Positions 17,994 to 27,900 of a DNA stretch of 34,932 nt are shown here, piece by piece. Within the stretch, counting starts at the first letter, position 1, and each line of letters starts with the position of its first letter. The position numbers and the translations under genes were made by a program. Source of the DNA: a virus (lineage: Duplodnaviria; Heunggongvirae; Uroviricota; Caudoviricetes); the IMG/VR virus record IMGVR_UViG_2718218452_000007; one strand, written 5' to 3'. Under the pieces are notes generated by a model that was not told the DNA's origin, did not search any database, and was given only the letters and a program-made list of their open reading frames with translations.

Positions 17994-18424
17994 TGATTGC
18001 ACTGGTCGTGTTGTTATCGCTGGCGGTGGCGGGGCTGTTTCTGGCGAAGCATGAAAACGCCAGACTGCGCGCCTCACTGGACAGGGCGAACAACGTCGCC
18101 AGCGGGCAGCAGACGACCATCACCATGCTGAAAAATCAGCTTCATGTTGCCCTCACCAGAGCAGACAAAAACGAGCTGGCGCAGGTGGTACTGCGTCAGG
18201 AACTGGAGAACGCCGCGAAGCGTGAAGCACAGCGCGAGAAAACCATCACGAGGTTACTTAATGAAAACGAAGATTTTCGCCGCTGGTACGGCGCTGACCT
18301 GCCTGATGCTGTGCGCCGGTTGCACCAGCGCCCCGCCTGCACCGACGCCAGTGATTGTCCACAACGCCTGCCCGAAAGTGAGTCTTTGCCCGATGCCGGG
18401 CAGCGACCCGGAGACGAACGGTGA
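17981..18424 (+). CDS. lysB: LysB (Rz-like inner-membrane spanin)
   Basis: N-terminal transmembrane helix then charged coiled-coil-like region; overlaps the lysA end. Confidence 0.82.
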   Translation: MSKLMIALVVLLSLAVAGLFLAKHENARLRASLDRANNVASGQQTTITMLKNQLHVALTRADKNELAQVVLRQELENAAKREAQREKTITRLLNENEDFRRWYGADLPDAVRRLHQRPACTDASDCPQRLPESESLPDAGQRPGDER

Positions 18425-18551
18425 TTTAAGTGCCGATATCCGGCAGCTTGAGAACGCGCTGGCGCGCTGTGCCAGCCAGGTAAAAATGATTAAACACTGT
18501 CAGGACGAAAACGATGCTCAAACCCGACAGCCTGCGCAGGGCGCTGACTGA
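18261..18551 (+). CDS. lysC: LysC (Rz1-like outer-membrane lipoprotein spanin), embedded in the +1 frame of lysB
   Basis: ATG 18261 gives MKTKIFAAGTALTCLMLCAGC with a lipobox, then a Pro-rich region; tracked ORF is 39 codons longer. Confidence 0.8.
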   Translation: MKTKIFAAGTALTCLMLCAGCTSAPPAPTPVIVHNACPKVSLCPMPGSDPETNGDLSADIRQLENALARCASQVKMIKHCQDENDAQTRQPAQGAD

Positions 18552-18981
18552 TGCCGTCACGGTGCTGAAAACTAACCCCGATATGCTGCGGATATTCGTG
18601 GATCACGGGAGTATTGCCTCCACGCTGGCGGCGTCGTTGTCATTCGAAAAGCGTTACACGCTCAATGTCATTGTGACCGACTTTACCGGTGATTTTGACC
18701 TGCTCATCGTGCCGGTGCTGGCGTGGCTGCGGGTAAATCAGCCCGACATCATGACCACCGACGCAGGTCAGAAAAAGGGCTTCACGTTTTATGCAGACAT
18801 CAACAATGACAGCAGCTTTGATATCAGCATCAGCCTGATGCTGACCGAGCGAACGCTGGTCAGTGAGGTGGACGGCGCACTGCATGTGAAGAATATCCCG
18901 GAACCTCCGCCGCCGGAGCCGGTCACCCGCCCGGTGGAGCTTTATATCAATGGCGAACTGGTGAGTAAGTGGGATGAATGA
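18514..18981 (+). CDS. R: Tail completion protein R
   Basis: 155 aa, P2 order. Confidence 0.88.
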   Translation: MLKPDSLRRALTDAVTVLKTNPDMLRIFVDHGSIASTLAASLSFEKRYTLNVIVTDFTGDFDLLIVPVLAWLRVNQPDIMTTDAGQKKGFTFYADINNDSSFDISISLMLTERTLVSEVDGALHVKNIPEPPPPEPVTRPVELYINGELVSKWDE

Positions 18982-19426
18982 GTTTAAGCGTTTTGAAGAC
19001 CGGCTGACCGGGCTGATTGAATCGCTGTCACCGTCAGGGCGTCGGCGACTGAGCGCCGAACTGGCGAAACGTCTGCGTCAGAGTCAGCAGCGTCGGGTGA
19101 TGGCACAGAAAGCCCCGGACGGCACACCCTACGCGCCACGTCAGCAGCAGAGCGCCAGAAAAAAGACCGGTCGCGTTAAGCGAAAAATGTTTGCGAAACT
19201 TATCACCAGTCGTTTTTTGCATATCCGCGCCAGCCCGGAACAGGCATCAATGGAATTTTACGGCGGGAAGTCGCCGAAAATCGCCAGTGTGCATCAGTTC
19301 GGTCTGTCGGAAGAAACCCGGAAAGACGGTAAGAAAATTGATTATCCGGCGCGTCCTCTGCTCGGCTTTACCGGTGAGGATGTGCAGATGATTGAAGAGA
19401 TTATCCTGGCTCACCTTGAGCGTTAG
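18974..19426 (+). CDS. S: Tail completion protein S
   Basis: 150 aa, overlaps the R end. Confidence 0.88.
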   Translation: MNEFKRFEDRLTGLIESLSPSGRRRLSAELAKRLRQSQQRRVMAQKAPDGTPYAPRQQQSARKKTGRVKRKMFAKLITSRFLHIRASPEQASMEFYGGKSPKIASVHQFGLSEETRKDGKKIDYPARPLLGFTGEDVQMIEEIILAHLER

Positions 19427-19456
19427 TTTTATCCAGGCAGAGGCTGATGCGCAATT

Positions 19457-19491
19457 AAACATTGAGCGGCCATGCTGGTCGCTCAATGTTT
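19457..19491. terminator. 12-bp perfect hairpin between convergent S and the cargo gene (likely bidirectional terminator)
   Basis: aaacattgagcg / loop gccatgctggt / cgctcaatgttt; flanking T/A runs are weak. Confidence 0.45.
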
Positions 19492-19497
19492 AGAGGT

Positions 19498-20283
19498 TTA
19501 TGAGTGATTTTTATTTGATGCTTTGTATTCTACAACCTTCTTATTGGCGTAAAGGAATTTTGTATATGACAGGAATATAACCAGACCTGAAATGAAATAG
19601 ATGAGGGATATTATTAATAATGCTTTTTTTTGGCTGTTATTATCTTTAATCTCCTGACTTAACCATTCCGAGTCCTCCTCGTTTAGCTGTAAGAGCTTAT
19701 TGCAGGCGATCTCAGGAAGTGTGTCTTTTATAAATACGTTTCGTAGCCTCTTGCAATCGGCAAGGCTATAAGTTTTATTGAATTCAACTGTTTTATTGTT
19801 GAAGGATAAAAGAACTTTGTCACTATAAACATAGTACATCATATTTTTATATGGTATGCCTATGGCATCTCTTACTATAACGGATTGTTTGTTGTGTATA
19901 TAACATGCGAAGAGAATATAAATAATGCTGGACAGAATTACAATTATTGTTTTAATTATGTGTGGTGGTTTTGTTATGTCACCCCAGAAGCGAGTAAGAA
20001 AAAAATACGATGTTTTTAGTTTTCCATCAATCAGCCCCTGCTGTATCATTCTCACATCTTCGATGCCTGATACATTGATTCCGTTAATTATTTTAAATAG
20101 TTGAATGTCGCGCCATTTTTTGTCGAGCATTTTTAACTTTCTGTCTGAATACTCAAAATTGAAATGATGTGCAATAAACCTCATAAGATTACTTTTACCA
20201 AAGGTAATAAATGTTAATGCTATTAATAAAAATAGATACAAAGAGATAAACCACCACGCATTAGTCACATTATCACTGAACAT
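19498..20283 (-). CDS. Hypothetical 261-aa integral membrane protein (cargo at the P2 orf30 position)
   Basis: AT-rich ORF with GAGGAGA Shine-Dalgarno; three hydrophobic helices (WWFISLYLFLLIALTFITF, IIKTIIVILSSIIYILFACYI, ALLIISLIYFISGLVIFLSY); opposite strand to the late operons. Confidence 0.75.
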   Translation of the reverse strand: MFSDNVTNAWWFISLYLFLLIALTFITFGKSNLMRFIAHHFNFEYSDRKLKMLDKKWRDIQLFKIINGINVSGIEDVRMIQQGLIDGKLKTSYFFLTRFWGDITKPPHIIKTIIVILSSIIYILFACYIHNKQSVIVRDAIGIPYKNMMYYVYSDKVLLSFNNKTVEFNKTYSLADCKRLRNVFIKDTLPEIACNKLLQLNEEDSEWLSQEIKDNNSQKKALLIISLIYFISGLVIFLSYTKFLYANKKVVEYKASNKNHS

Positions 20284-20300
20284 TACGCTCTCCTCGAATG

Positions 20301-20319
20301 TTGTATGGTCGTTCTACAA
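20301..20319 (+). promoter_or_regulatory. Late-promoter activator element upstream of V
   Basis: TTGT-N11-ACAA, a perfect 4-bp dyad; same pattern as at 13121 and 26607. Confidence 0.45.
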
Positions 20320-20366
20320 ATGAATCCAGATAGCATAACTTTTATATATTGTGCAATCTCACACGC

Positions 20367-21002
20367 ATGAACACTCTCGCAAATATTCAGGAACTCGCGC
20401 GCGCACTGCGCAACATGATTCGTACCGGCCTTGTCGTCGAAACCAACCTTAAAGCCGGTCGCTGCCGTGTGCAGACCGGTGGCATGTGCACTGACTGGCT
20501 TCAGTGGCTGACCCATCGTGCCGGACGTTCGCGCACATGGTGGGCACCTTCCGTGGGGGAGCAGGTGCTGATTCTGGCTGTGGGCGGTGAACTCGACACG
20601 GCGTTCGTTCTGCCGGGGATTTATTCCGGCGATAACCCCGCGCCGTCTGCGTCGGCGGATGCCCTGCATATCCGTTTCCCTGACGGGGCGGTGATTGAGT
20701 ATGAACCCGAAACCAGTGCACTCACGGTAAGCGGAATTAAAACGGCCAGCGTGACGGCTTCTGATTCTGTTACTGCCACGGTGCCGGTGGTCATGGTGAA
20801 AGCATCAACCCGCGTCACCCTGGACACACCGGAGGTGGTCTGCACCAACAGGCTGATTACCGGCACGCTGGAAGTGCAGAAGGGCGGGACGATGCACGGC
20901 AACATTGAACACACCGGCGGTGAACTCTCATCAAACGGTAAGGTACTGCATACCCATAAACACCCCGGCGACAGCGGCGGCACAACCGGGAGCCCTCTAT
21001 GA
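20367..21002 (+). CDS. V: Baseplate spike protein
   Basis: 211 aa from ATG 20367 (MNTLANIQ...); tracked ORF starts at a TTG 6 codons earlier. Confidence 0.9.
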   Translation: MNTLANIQELARALRNMIRTGLVVETNLKAGRCRVQTGGMCTDWLQWLTHRAGRSRTWWAPSVGEQVLILAVGGELDTAFVLPGIYSGDNPAPSASADALHIRFPDGAVIEYEPETSALTVSGIKTASVTASDSVTATVPVVMVKASTRVTLDTPEVVCTNRLITGTLEVQKGGTMHGNIEHTGGELSSNGKVLHTHKHPGDSGGTTGSPL

Positions 21003-21346
21003 CAGCGCGTTATCTCGGAATGAATCGCAGTGATGGCCTGACGGTCACTGACCTTGAGCATATCAGCCAGAGTATCGGCGATATCCTGCGCACACCGGTC
21101 GGCTCACGGGTGATGCGTCGTGATTACGGCTCGTTGCTGGCGTCAATGATTGACCAGCCGCAGACCCCGGCGCTTGAGTTGCAGATTAAGGTCGCCTGTT
21201 ACATGGCGGTGCTGAAATGGGAACCCCGCGTCACGCTGTCATCTGTCACCACGGCGCGCAGTTTTGACGGGCGAATGACGGTCACGTTAACCGGCCAGCA
21301 CAACGACACCGGCCAGCCACTTTCGTTAACCATCCCTGTGAGTTGA
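20999..21346 (+). CDS. W: Baseplate wedge protein (gp25-like)
   Basis: 115 aa, overlapping stop/start with V. Confidence 0.9.
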   Translation: MTARYLGMNRSDGLTVTDLEHISQSIGDILRTPVGSRVMRRDYGSLLASMIDQPQTPALELQIKVACYMAVLKWEPRVTLSSVTTARSFDGRMTVTLTGQHNDTGQPLSLTIPVS

Positions 21347-21350
21347 AACC

Positions 21351-22259
21351 ATGCCGATTATCGACCTGAACCAGCTACCCGCACCGGATGTGGTCGAGGA
21401 GCTGGACTTTGAAACCATTCTCGCCGAACGCAAGGCGACACTGATTTCCCTTTACCCGGAAGACCAGCAGGAGGCGGTCGCCCGTACCCTGACGCTGGAA
21501 TCTGAGCCTCTCGTCAAACTGCTGGAGGAAAATGCTTATCGTGAGCTTATCTGGCGTCAGCGTGTGAATGAGGCCGCACGGGCGGTAATGCTGGCCTGTG
21601 CCGCCGGTAATGACCTTGATGTGATTGGTGCCAATTACAACACCACGCGCCTGATTATCACCCCGGCAGATGATTCGACCCTCCCGCCGACACCGGCAGT
21701 GATGGAATCTGACACGGATTATCGTCTGCGTATTCAGCAGGCGTTTGAAGGTTTAAGCGTTGCCGGGTCGGTGGGTGCCTATCAGTATCATGGTCGCAGT
21801 GCCGACGGGCGCGTCGCAGATATCTCTGTCACCAGTCCGTCTCCGGCCTGCGTCACCATCTCTGTGCTGTCACGTGAAAATAACGGTGTCGCATCCGAAG
21901 ACCTGCTGGCTGTGGTACGTAACGCCCTTAATGGCGAGGACGTCAGGCCGGTGGCCGACCGCGTGACCGTGCAGTCTGCCGCCATTGTTGAATATCAGAT
22001 AAACGCCACGCTTTACCTTTACCCTGGCCCCGAAAGCGAACCCATCCGCGCCGCCGCCGTGAAAAAACTGGAAGCGTACATCACGGCACAGCACCGGCTG
22101 GGGCGCGACATCCGTCTGTCTGCCATTTATGCCGCTTTGCATGTGGAAGGCGTGCAGCGTGTCGAACTGGCTGCACCACTGGCTGACATCGTGCTCAACA
22201 GTACGCAGGCGTCTTTCTGTACCGAATACCGCGTCGTGACCGGAGGCTCGGATGAGTGA
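21351..22259 (+). CDS. J: Baseplate protein J
   Basis: 302 aa. Confidence 0.9.
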   Translation: MPIIDLNQLPAPDVVEELDFETILAERKATLISLYPEDQQEAVARTLTLESEPLVKLLEENAYRELIWRQRVNEAARAVMLACAAGNDLDVIGANYNTTRLIITPADDSTLPPTPAVMESDTDYRLRIQQAFEGLSVAGSVGAYQYHGRSADGRVADISVTSPSPACVTISVLSRENNGVASEDLLAVVRNALNGEDVRPVADRVTVQSAAIVEYQINATLYLYPGPESEPIRAAAVKKLEAYITAQHRLGRDIRLSAIYAALHVEGVQRVELAAPLADIVLNSTQASFCTEYRVVTGGSDE

Positions 22260-22782
22260 TTCGCGCCTGCTGCCGACCGGTTCATCACCGCTTGAAGTTG
22301 CCGCCGCAAAAGCCTGTGCGGAAATTGAAAAAACGCCGGTCAGGATTCGTGAGCTGTGGAACCCGGACACCTGCCCGGCAAATCTGCTGCCGTGGCTGGC
22401 GTGGGCGTTTTCGGTCGACAGGTGGGATGAAAAGTGGCCGGAAGCGACAAAACGCGCCGTTATCCGCGATGCCTATTTCATCCACTGTCATAAAGGCACT
22501 ATCGGCGCAATCCGGCGTGTGGTGGAGCCGCTCGGCTATCTCATCAACGTGACGGAGTGGTGGGAAAACAGTGACCCGCCCGGCACCTTCCGCCTTGATA
22601 TTGGTGTACTGGAAAGCGGTATCACAGAGGCAATGTATCAGGAAATGGAACGGCTGATTGCTGATGCCAAACCTGCAAGCCGTCACCTTATTGGTCTGAA
22701 CATTACCCGGGACATTCCCGGCTACCTGTTCGCCGGTGGTGTGGCTTATGACGGCGATGTAATTACGGTTTACCCCGGATAA
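22252..22782 (+). CDS. I: Baseplate protein I
   Basis: 176 aa, overlaps the J end. Confidence 0.9.
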   Translation: MSDSRLLPTGSSPLEVAAAKACAEIEKTPVRIRELWNPDTCPANLLPWLAWAFSVDRWDEKWPEATKRAVIRDAYFIHCHKGTIGAIRRVVEPLGYLINVTEWWENSDPPGTFRLDIGVLESGITEAMYQEMERLIADAKPASRHLIGLNITRDIPGYLFAGGVAYDGDVITVYPG

Positions 22783-22792
22783 GTGAGGAATA

Positions 22793-25024
22793 ATGAGCAC
22801 AAAATTCAGAACCGTTATCACCACTGCTGGTGCAGCAAAGCTGGCAGCGGCAACCGCGCCGGGAGGGCGGAAGGTCAACATTACCACGATGGCCGTCGGG
22901 GATGGCGGTGGTAAATTGCCTGTCCCGGATGCCGGACAGACCGGGCTTATCCACGAAGTCTGGCGACATGCGCTGAACAAAATCAGCCAGGACAAACGAA
23001 ACAGTAATTATATTATCGCAGAGCTGGTTATTCCGCCGGAGGTGGGCGGTTTCTGGATGCGTGAGCTTGGCCTGTACGATGATGCTGGAACGTTAATTGC
23101 CGTGGCGAACATGGCTGAAAGTTATAAGCCAGCTCTTGCCGAAGGCTCAGGGCGTTCGCAGACCTGCCGCATGGTCATCATCGTCAGCAGTGTGGCCTCA
23201 GTGGCGCTGACCATTGACACCACAACGGTGATGGCAACGCAGGATTACGTTGATGACAAAATTGCAGAACATGAACAGTCACGACGTCACCCGGACGCCT
23301 CGCTGACCGCCAAAGGTTTTACTCAGTTAAGCAGTGCGACCAACAGCACGTCTGAAACACTCGCCGCAACACCAAAAGCGGTAAAAGCAGCATATGACCT
23401 TGCTAACGGGAAATACACTGCACAGGACGCCACCACAGCGCGAAAAGGCCTTGTCCAGCTCAGTAGTGCCACCAACAGCACGTCTGAAACGCTCGCCGCA
23501 ACACCAAAAGCGGTAAAAGCAGCATATGACCTTGCTAACGGGAAATACACTGCACAGGACGCCACCACCGCGCGAAAAGGCCTTGTCCAGCTCAGTAGCG
23601 CCACCAACAGCGATTCTGAAACGCTTGCGGCAACGCCAAAGGCGGTTAAGACAGCGTATGACCTTGCTAACGGGAAATACACTGCACAGGATGCCACCAC
23701 AGCGCGAAAAGGTCTTGTCCAGCTCAGTAGCGCCACCAACAGTGATTCTGAAACGCTGGCTGCAACACCAAAAGCGGTGAAGTCTGCCTATGACAATGCT
23801 GAAAAACGTCTTCAGAAAGATCAGAACGGCGCGGATATTCCTGATAAAGATCGCTTCCTGAGTAACATTAATGTTTACAGCAAAGGCGAGGTGGATAAGA
23901 AAAAAGGAATGCGGCTGTACGTATTTAACGCGCCGTCTAATGCTGTTGGTGGAAAGTGGTATCCAGTTATTTTCCGGCGTTCCACTGGTAGCACTGGCGA
24001 ACTGGCTTCCAGAGTGGTTATTACAACCACATCTGCCGGTGGTGATTACGCAATGAATAACTGCGAATTTAATGGAATGGTAATGCCCGGAGGTTGGACT
24101 GATCGTGGTTCATATGCAGCAGGTTATTTTTCGACATATCAGACTAATGAGCGCGCAATCCATTCCATTGTAACAAGCCTGAAAGAAGATGATGTATGCA
24201 GCGTTTTTTACGTTGAAGGCAGGGCTTTTCCTGTGCGAGTTTTTGCCGAAGAAGGGCTAACGGTTATTGTTCCAACTCAGGATTATACCGTCGGTCAAAC
24301 AACATATAAGTGGGGAGCAACTAATCCCGCGACAGAAAGCACGAACGCACAAGCCATTCTGGATTTTAACAATGGGCGAGGGTTTTATTGTTCTCACTCA
24401 ATATTCGGTATTAATGCCATTTTTAGCGGAAATCTGGGGATTGGAACGGCTAATGCCCTGGGTGGAAATTCAATAGTTTTAGGAGATAACGATACCGGGT
24501 TTAAACAAAATGGTGATGGGGTGCTGGATGCTTATGCTAATGGTGTGCATGTATTCCGCTTTATAAATGGTTCAGCAAGATCATTAAAGGGTATTCAGGC
24601 TGGGGAAAGTAAGTTCTTCACACTTTCAAGTGCAAATACCGCTGCCCGTAATGCATCATTTAACTTGTGGGGAAATTCGTCAAGACCAACTGTTGCAGAG
24701 CTTGGTGATGATTCAGGCTGGCATTTCTATAGTCAGCGAAATACAGATAACTCGGTGATATTTGCTGTAAACGGTCAGATACAACCAAGCAACTGGGATA
24801 ACATTGATTCCCGATATGTGAAAGATGTTCGGCTTGGCTCACAGCAATATTATGGTGTGAACAACTGGCAAACATGGAACTTTCAGTGCCCTTCAGGTCA
24901 TGTATTGTCTGGTATAAATGTTCAGGATACAGGTTCCAACTCCGCCGATAATATTGCGGGTGTTTATTACAGACCCGTTCAAAAGTATATAAATGGCACA
25001 TGGTATAATGTAGCGAGCGTTTAA
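22793..25024 (+). CDS. H: Tail fiber protein H (N-terminus P2-like, repeats, divergent distal domain)
   Basis: 743 aa; conserved N-terminus [20 protein letters not shown]; four 44-aa tandem repeats; AT-richer C-terminal half. Confidence 0.9.
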   Translation: MSTKFRTVITTAGAAKLAAATAPGGRKVNITTMAVGDGGGKLPVPDAGQTGLIHEVWRHALNKISQDKRNSNYIIAELVIPPEVGGFWMRELGLYDDAGTLIAVANMAESYKPALAEGSGRSQTCRMVIIVSSVASVALTIDTTTVMATQDYVDDKIAEHEQSRRHPDASLTAKGFTQLSSATNSTSETLAATPKAVKAAYDLANGKYTAQDATTARKGLVQLSSATNSTSETLAATPKAVKAAYDLANGKYTAQDATTARKGLVQLSSATNSDSETLAATPKAVKTAYDLANGKYTAQDATTARKGLVQLSSATNSDSETLAATPKAVKSAYDNAEKRLQKDQNGADIPDKDRFLSNINVYSKGEVDKKKGMRLYVFNAPSNAVGGKWYPVIFRRSTGSTGELASRVVITTTSAGGDYAMNNCEFNGMVMPGGWTDRGSYAAGYFSTYQTNERAIHSIVTSLKEDDVCSVFYVEGRAFPVRVFAEEGLTVIVPTQDYTVGQTTYKWGATNPATESTNAQAILDFNNGRGFYCSHSIFGINAIFSGNLGIGTANALGGNSIVLGDNDTGFKQNGDGVLDAYANGVHVFRFINGSARSLKGIQAGESKFFTLSSANTAARNASFNLWGNSSRPTVAELGDDSGWHFYSQRNTDNSVIFAVNGQIQPSNWDNIDSRYVKDVRLGSQQYYGVNNWQTWNFQCPSGHVLSGINVQDTGSNSADNIAGVYYRPVQKYINGTWYNVASV
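23326..23810 (+). repeat. Tandem 132-bp repeat (about 3.7 copies) inside H
   Basis: caacagcacg recurs at 23341 and 23473; encodes LSSATNS(T/D)[12 protein letters not shown](A/T/S)[23 protein letters not shown] x4; generates spurious ORFs on both strands. Confidence 0.85.
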
Positions 25025-25025
25025 T

Positions 25026-25553
25026 ATGATGCACTTAAAGAACATAAAAGCGGGTAACACTAAAACACTGGAACAGTATGAGTTAACAAAGAAGCATGGA
25101 GTCATCTGGCTTTACACTGAAGACGGGAAAAACTGGTATGAGGAAGTGAAGAACTTTCAGTCAGACACAATAAAGATTGTTTACGACGAGAATAATATAA
25201 TTGTCGGCATCACCCGAGATGCTTCAACGCTTAACCCTGAAGGTTTTAGCGTTGTCGAGGTTCCTGATATTACTGCCAACCGACGTGCTGATGACTCAGG
25301 TAAATGGATGTTTAAGGATGGTGCCGTGATTAAGCGGATTTATACGGCAGACGAACAGCAGCAACTGGCAGAATCACAAAAGGCAACTTTGCTTTCCGAA
25401 GCCGAATCCGTGATTTTGCCGCTGGAGCGCGCTGTCAGGCTGAATATGGCAACAGATGAGGAACGCAGCCGACTGGAAGCATGGGAACGCTACAGCGTTC
25501 TGGTCAGCCGTGTGGATCCTGCAAATCCTGAATGGCCGGAAATGCCGCAATAA
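25026..25553 (+). CDS. G: Tail fiber assembly chaperone
   Basis: 175 aa immediately after H. Confidence 0.85.
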   Translation: MMHLKNIKAGNTKTLEQYELTKKHGVIWLYTEDGKNWYEEVKNFQSDTIKIVYDENNIIVGITRDASTLNPEGFSVVEVPDITANRRADDSGKWMFKDGAVIKRIYTADEQQQLAESQKATLLSEAESVILPLERAVRLNMATDEERSRLEAWERYSVLVSRVDPANPEWPEMPQ

Positions 25554-25774
25554 GTTGTATAAGCTCTGGTGTGAGATTACATATCTATGGCACAGAGTAA
25601 AGCCTAATCTGACAGGCCGCTCTGTGTCTGGAGTAGATTTTAGTAAAGCATTATTTTATTAGTGCAAATTCTAAACAATACATTTTATGTATATGATATC
25701 CTGCGGACTTTAATGATTTGGTTTAGGCTAACCAGATAACACTGAAGGAATATTTTTGATAATTAAGGTGCGGT

Positions 25775-26368
25775 ATGTTTACTAAGCGACGATTAAAAAA
25801 TATTAACTGGGAGGCAAGTTCAGTGATTCTTGCTATGGTTCTCTTTGCTGGAAATATATTTTATACAAATCATCGTGATGATATAAGCATGGAGGCTGAG
25901 AGAGACAGTATCAGAACAATGTTTGCATATGAAATCGCTAATAACCATCGCGCTCTCACCTTTCTTGATAAAACGAGAAATATTGGCTTTGACGAAAATT
26001 CGGAGCATTTTGTTGGCGAGCCTTTTGCCATTAATGTCAAATCATCAGGGGGACCTCGCTTACAGATTGCATTAAACCAGACTGATAAAGTGTTTAAATC
26101 ATACTTCAGCGAATTAAGTAAGCTTGATAAAGAGGATGTTACTCTTCTTATGGACTATTACCATGAGCAAAGCATCCTGCTGGAGCGTGTAAAATCTACG
26201 TTACAGAAGATGAAAAGTGGTAATGATATTAAAGTTGATATTGATGGTTACTTATTAGAAGAACACTTCATGAATGAGCTTAATCTTTCTAATATTTTGC
26301 TTAAACGCTATAGCTATTTATTATCACAGCACGCTAAAGAACATAAAACAAAAGATTTACATAATTGA
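25775..26368 (+). CDS. Hypothetical 197-aa protein with N-terminal membrane anchor (cargo at the P2 Z/fun position)
   Basis: AT-rich ORF with AAGGTG Shine-Dalgarno; one hydrophobic helix near the N-terminus (SSVILAMVLFAGNIFY), then a charged soluble domain. Confidence 0.72.
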   Translation: MFTKRRLKNINWEASSVILAMVLFAGNIFYTNHRDDISMEAERDSIRTMFAYEIANNHRALTFLDKTRNIGFDENSEHFVGEPFAINVKSSGGPRLQIALNQTDKVFKSYFSELSKLDKEDVTLLMDYYHEQSILLERVKSTLQKMKSGNDIKVDIDGYLLEEHFMNELNLSNILLKRYSYLLSQHAKEHKTKDLHN

Positions 26369-26563
26369 TAATCTGCTAATGGTTATTCATGGGGTAACTA
26401 TGTTTTATATGTAATCCAGCTCAGATGAATTATTGATTCTGGATAATAACCGCAGAGCGGCATATACCCTGACAGGCAAATGTCCGCTTCTTGCTCAAAG
26501 CAGACTGTCAGATTTGATAACTTTTGGGCTATGTAAACTGTCAGTCGGAAAATGAGTGTGTAC

Positions 26564-26590
26564 AAATCAGGACAGGCGGGCGAATTGCCC
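26564..26590 (+). terminator. Intrinsic terminator upstream of the FI late promoter
   Basis: ggcgggc-gaatt-gcccgc followed by attttcttt. Confidence 0.6.
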
Positions 26591-26606
26591 GCATTTTCTT
26601 TATCTG

Positions 26607-26625
26607 TTGTTTCATCCACTGACCA
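26607..26625 (+). promoter_or_regulatory. Late-promoter activator element upstream of FI
   Basis: TTGT-N11-ACCA, about 80 nt upstream of the FI start. Confidence 0.45.
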
Positions 26626-26697
26626 GCCAGGTCAAATAGCGTCTCATGCTCTGCACAACAGAAAATAGTTGCACCCATTAACCACGGAGTTAAACGG

Positions 26698-27888
26698 ATG
26701 AGTGACTATCATCACGGCGTGCAGGTGCTGGAGATTAACGACGGCACCCGCGTCATTTCCACCGTATCCACAGCCATTGTCGGCATGGTCTGCACGGCCA
26801 GCGATGCGGATGCGGAAACCTTTCCCCTCAATAAACCGGTGCTGATTACCAATGTGCAGAGCGCAATTGCAAAGGCCGGTAAAAAAGGCACGCTGGCGGC
26901 GTCGTTGCAGGCCATAGCTGACCAGTCAAAACCGGTCACCGTTGTTGTACGTGTGGAAGACGGCACCGGCGAAGACGAAGAAACGAAACTTGCGCAGACC
27001 GTTTCCAATATCATTGGCACCACCGACGAAAACGGTCAGTACACCGGACTGAAAGCCCTGCTGGCGGCGGAGTCGGTAACCGGTGTTAAACCGCGTATTC
27101 TCGGCGTGCCGGGACTGGACACCAAAGAGGTGGCTGTTGCACTGGCATCAGTCTGTCAGAAGCTGCGCGCTTTCGGATATATCAGCGCATGGGGCTGTAA
27201 GACCATTTCCGAGGTGAAAGCCTACCGCCAGAATTTCAGCCAGCGTGAGCTGATGGTCATCTGGCCGGATTTCCTCGCATGGGATACGGTCACCAGTACC
27301 ACCGCCACCGCGTATGCCACCGCCCGTGCGCTGGGTCTGCGCGCTAAAATCGACCAGGAGCAGGGCTGGCATAAAACGCTGTCCAACGTCGGGGTAAACG
27401 GTGTTACCGGCATCAGCGCATCCGTCTTCTGGGATTTGCAGGAGTCCGGCACCGATGCTGACCTGCTTAACGAGTCAGGCGTCACTACGCTGATTCGCCG
27501 CGACGGTTTCCGCTTCTGGGGTAACCGTACCTGCTCCGATGACCCGCTGTTCCTCTTTGAAAACTACACCCGCACCGCGCAGGTGCTGGCCGACACGATG
27601 GCTGAGGCGCACATGTGGGCGGTGGACAAGCCCATCACCGCAACGCTGATTCACGACATCGTTGACGGCATCAATGCCAAATTTCGTGAGCTGAAAACAA
27701 ACGGCTATATCGTGGATGCGACCTGCTGGTTCAGCGAAGAATCCAACGATGCGGAAACCCTCAAGGCCGGAAAACTGTATATCGACTACGACTATACCCC
27801 GGTGCCTCCTCTCGAAAACCTGACCCTGCGCCAGCGTATTACCGATAAATACCTGGCAAATCTGGTCACCTCGGTTAACAGCAATTAA
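26698..27888 (+). CDS. FI: Contractile tail sheath protein
   Basis: 396 aa; GGAG Shine-Dalgarno. Confidence 0.92.
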   Translation: MSDYHHGVQVLEINDGTRVISTVSTAIVGMVCTASDADAETFPLNKPVLITNVQSAIAKAGKKGTLAASLQAIADQSKPVTVVVRVEDGTGEDEETKLAQTVSNIIGTTDENGQYTGLKALLAAESVTGVKPRILGVPGLDTKEVAVALASVCQKLRAFGYISAWGCKTISEVKAYRQNFSQRELMVIWPDFLAWDTVTSTTATAYATARALGLRAKIDQEQGWHKTLSNVGVNGVTGISASVFWDLQESGTDADLLNESGVTTLIRRDGFRFWGNRTCSDDPLFLFENYTRTAQVLADTMAEAHMWAVDKPITATLIHDIVDGINAKFRELKTNGYIVDATCWFSEESNDAETLKAGKLYIDYDYTPVPPLENLTLRQRITDKYLANLVTSVNSN

Positions 27889-27900
27889 GGAGCCTGACCG

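Noticed and set aside
23323-23780. ORFs 23323..23739 (-) and 23526..23780 (+) with internally repetitive translations
   Set aside because: Produced by the 132-bp tandem repeat inside H; their periodicity simply mirrors the repeat.
26398-26619. 73-aa minus-strand ORF between the Z/fun-position gene and FI
   Set aside because: Spans the plus-strand terminator and the FI late-promoter element and has no convincing ribosome-binding site; more likely non-coding.
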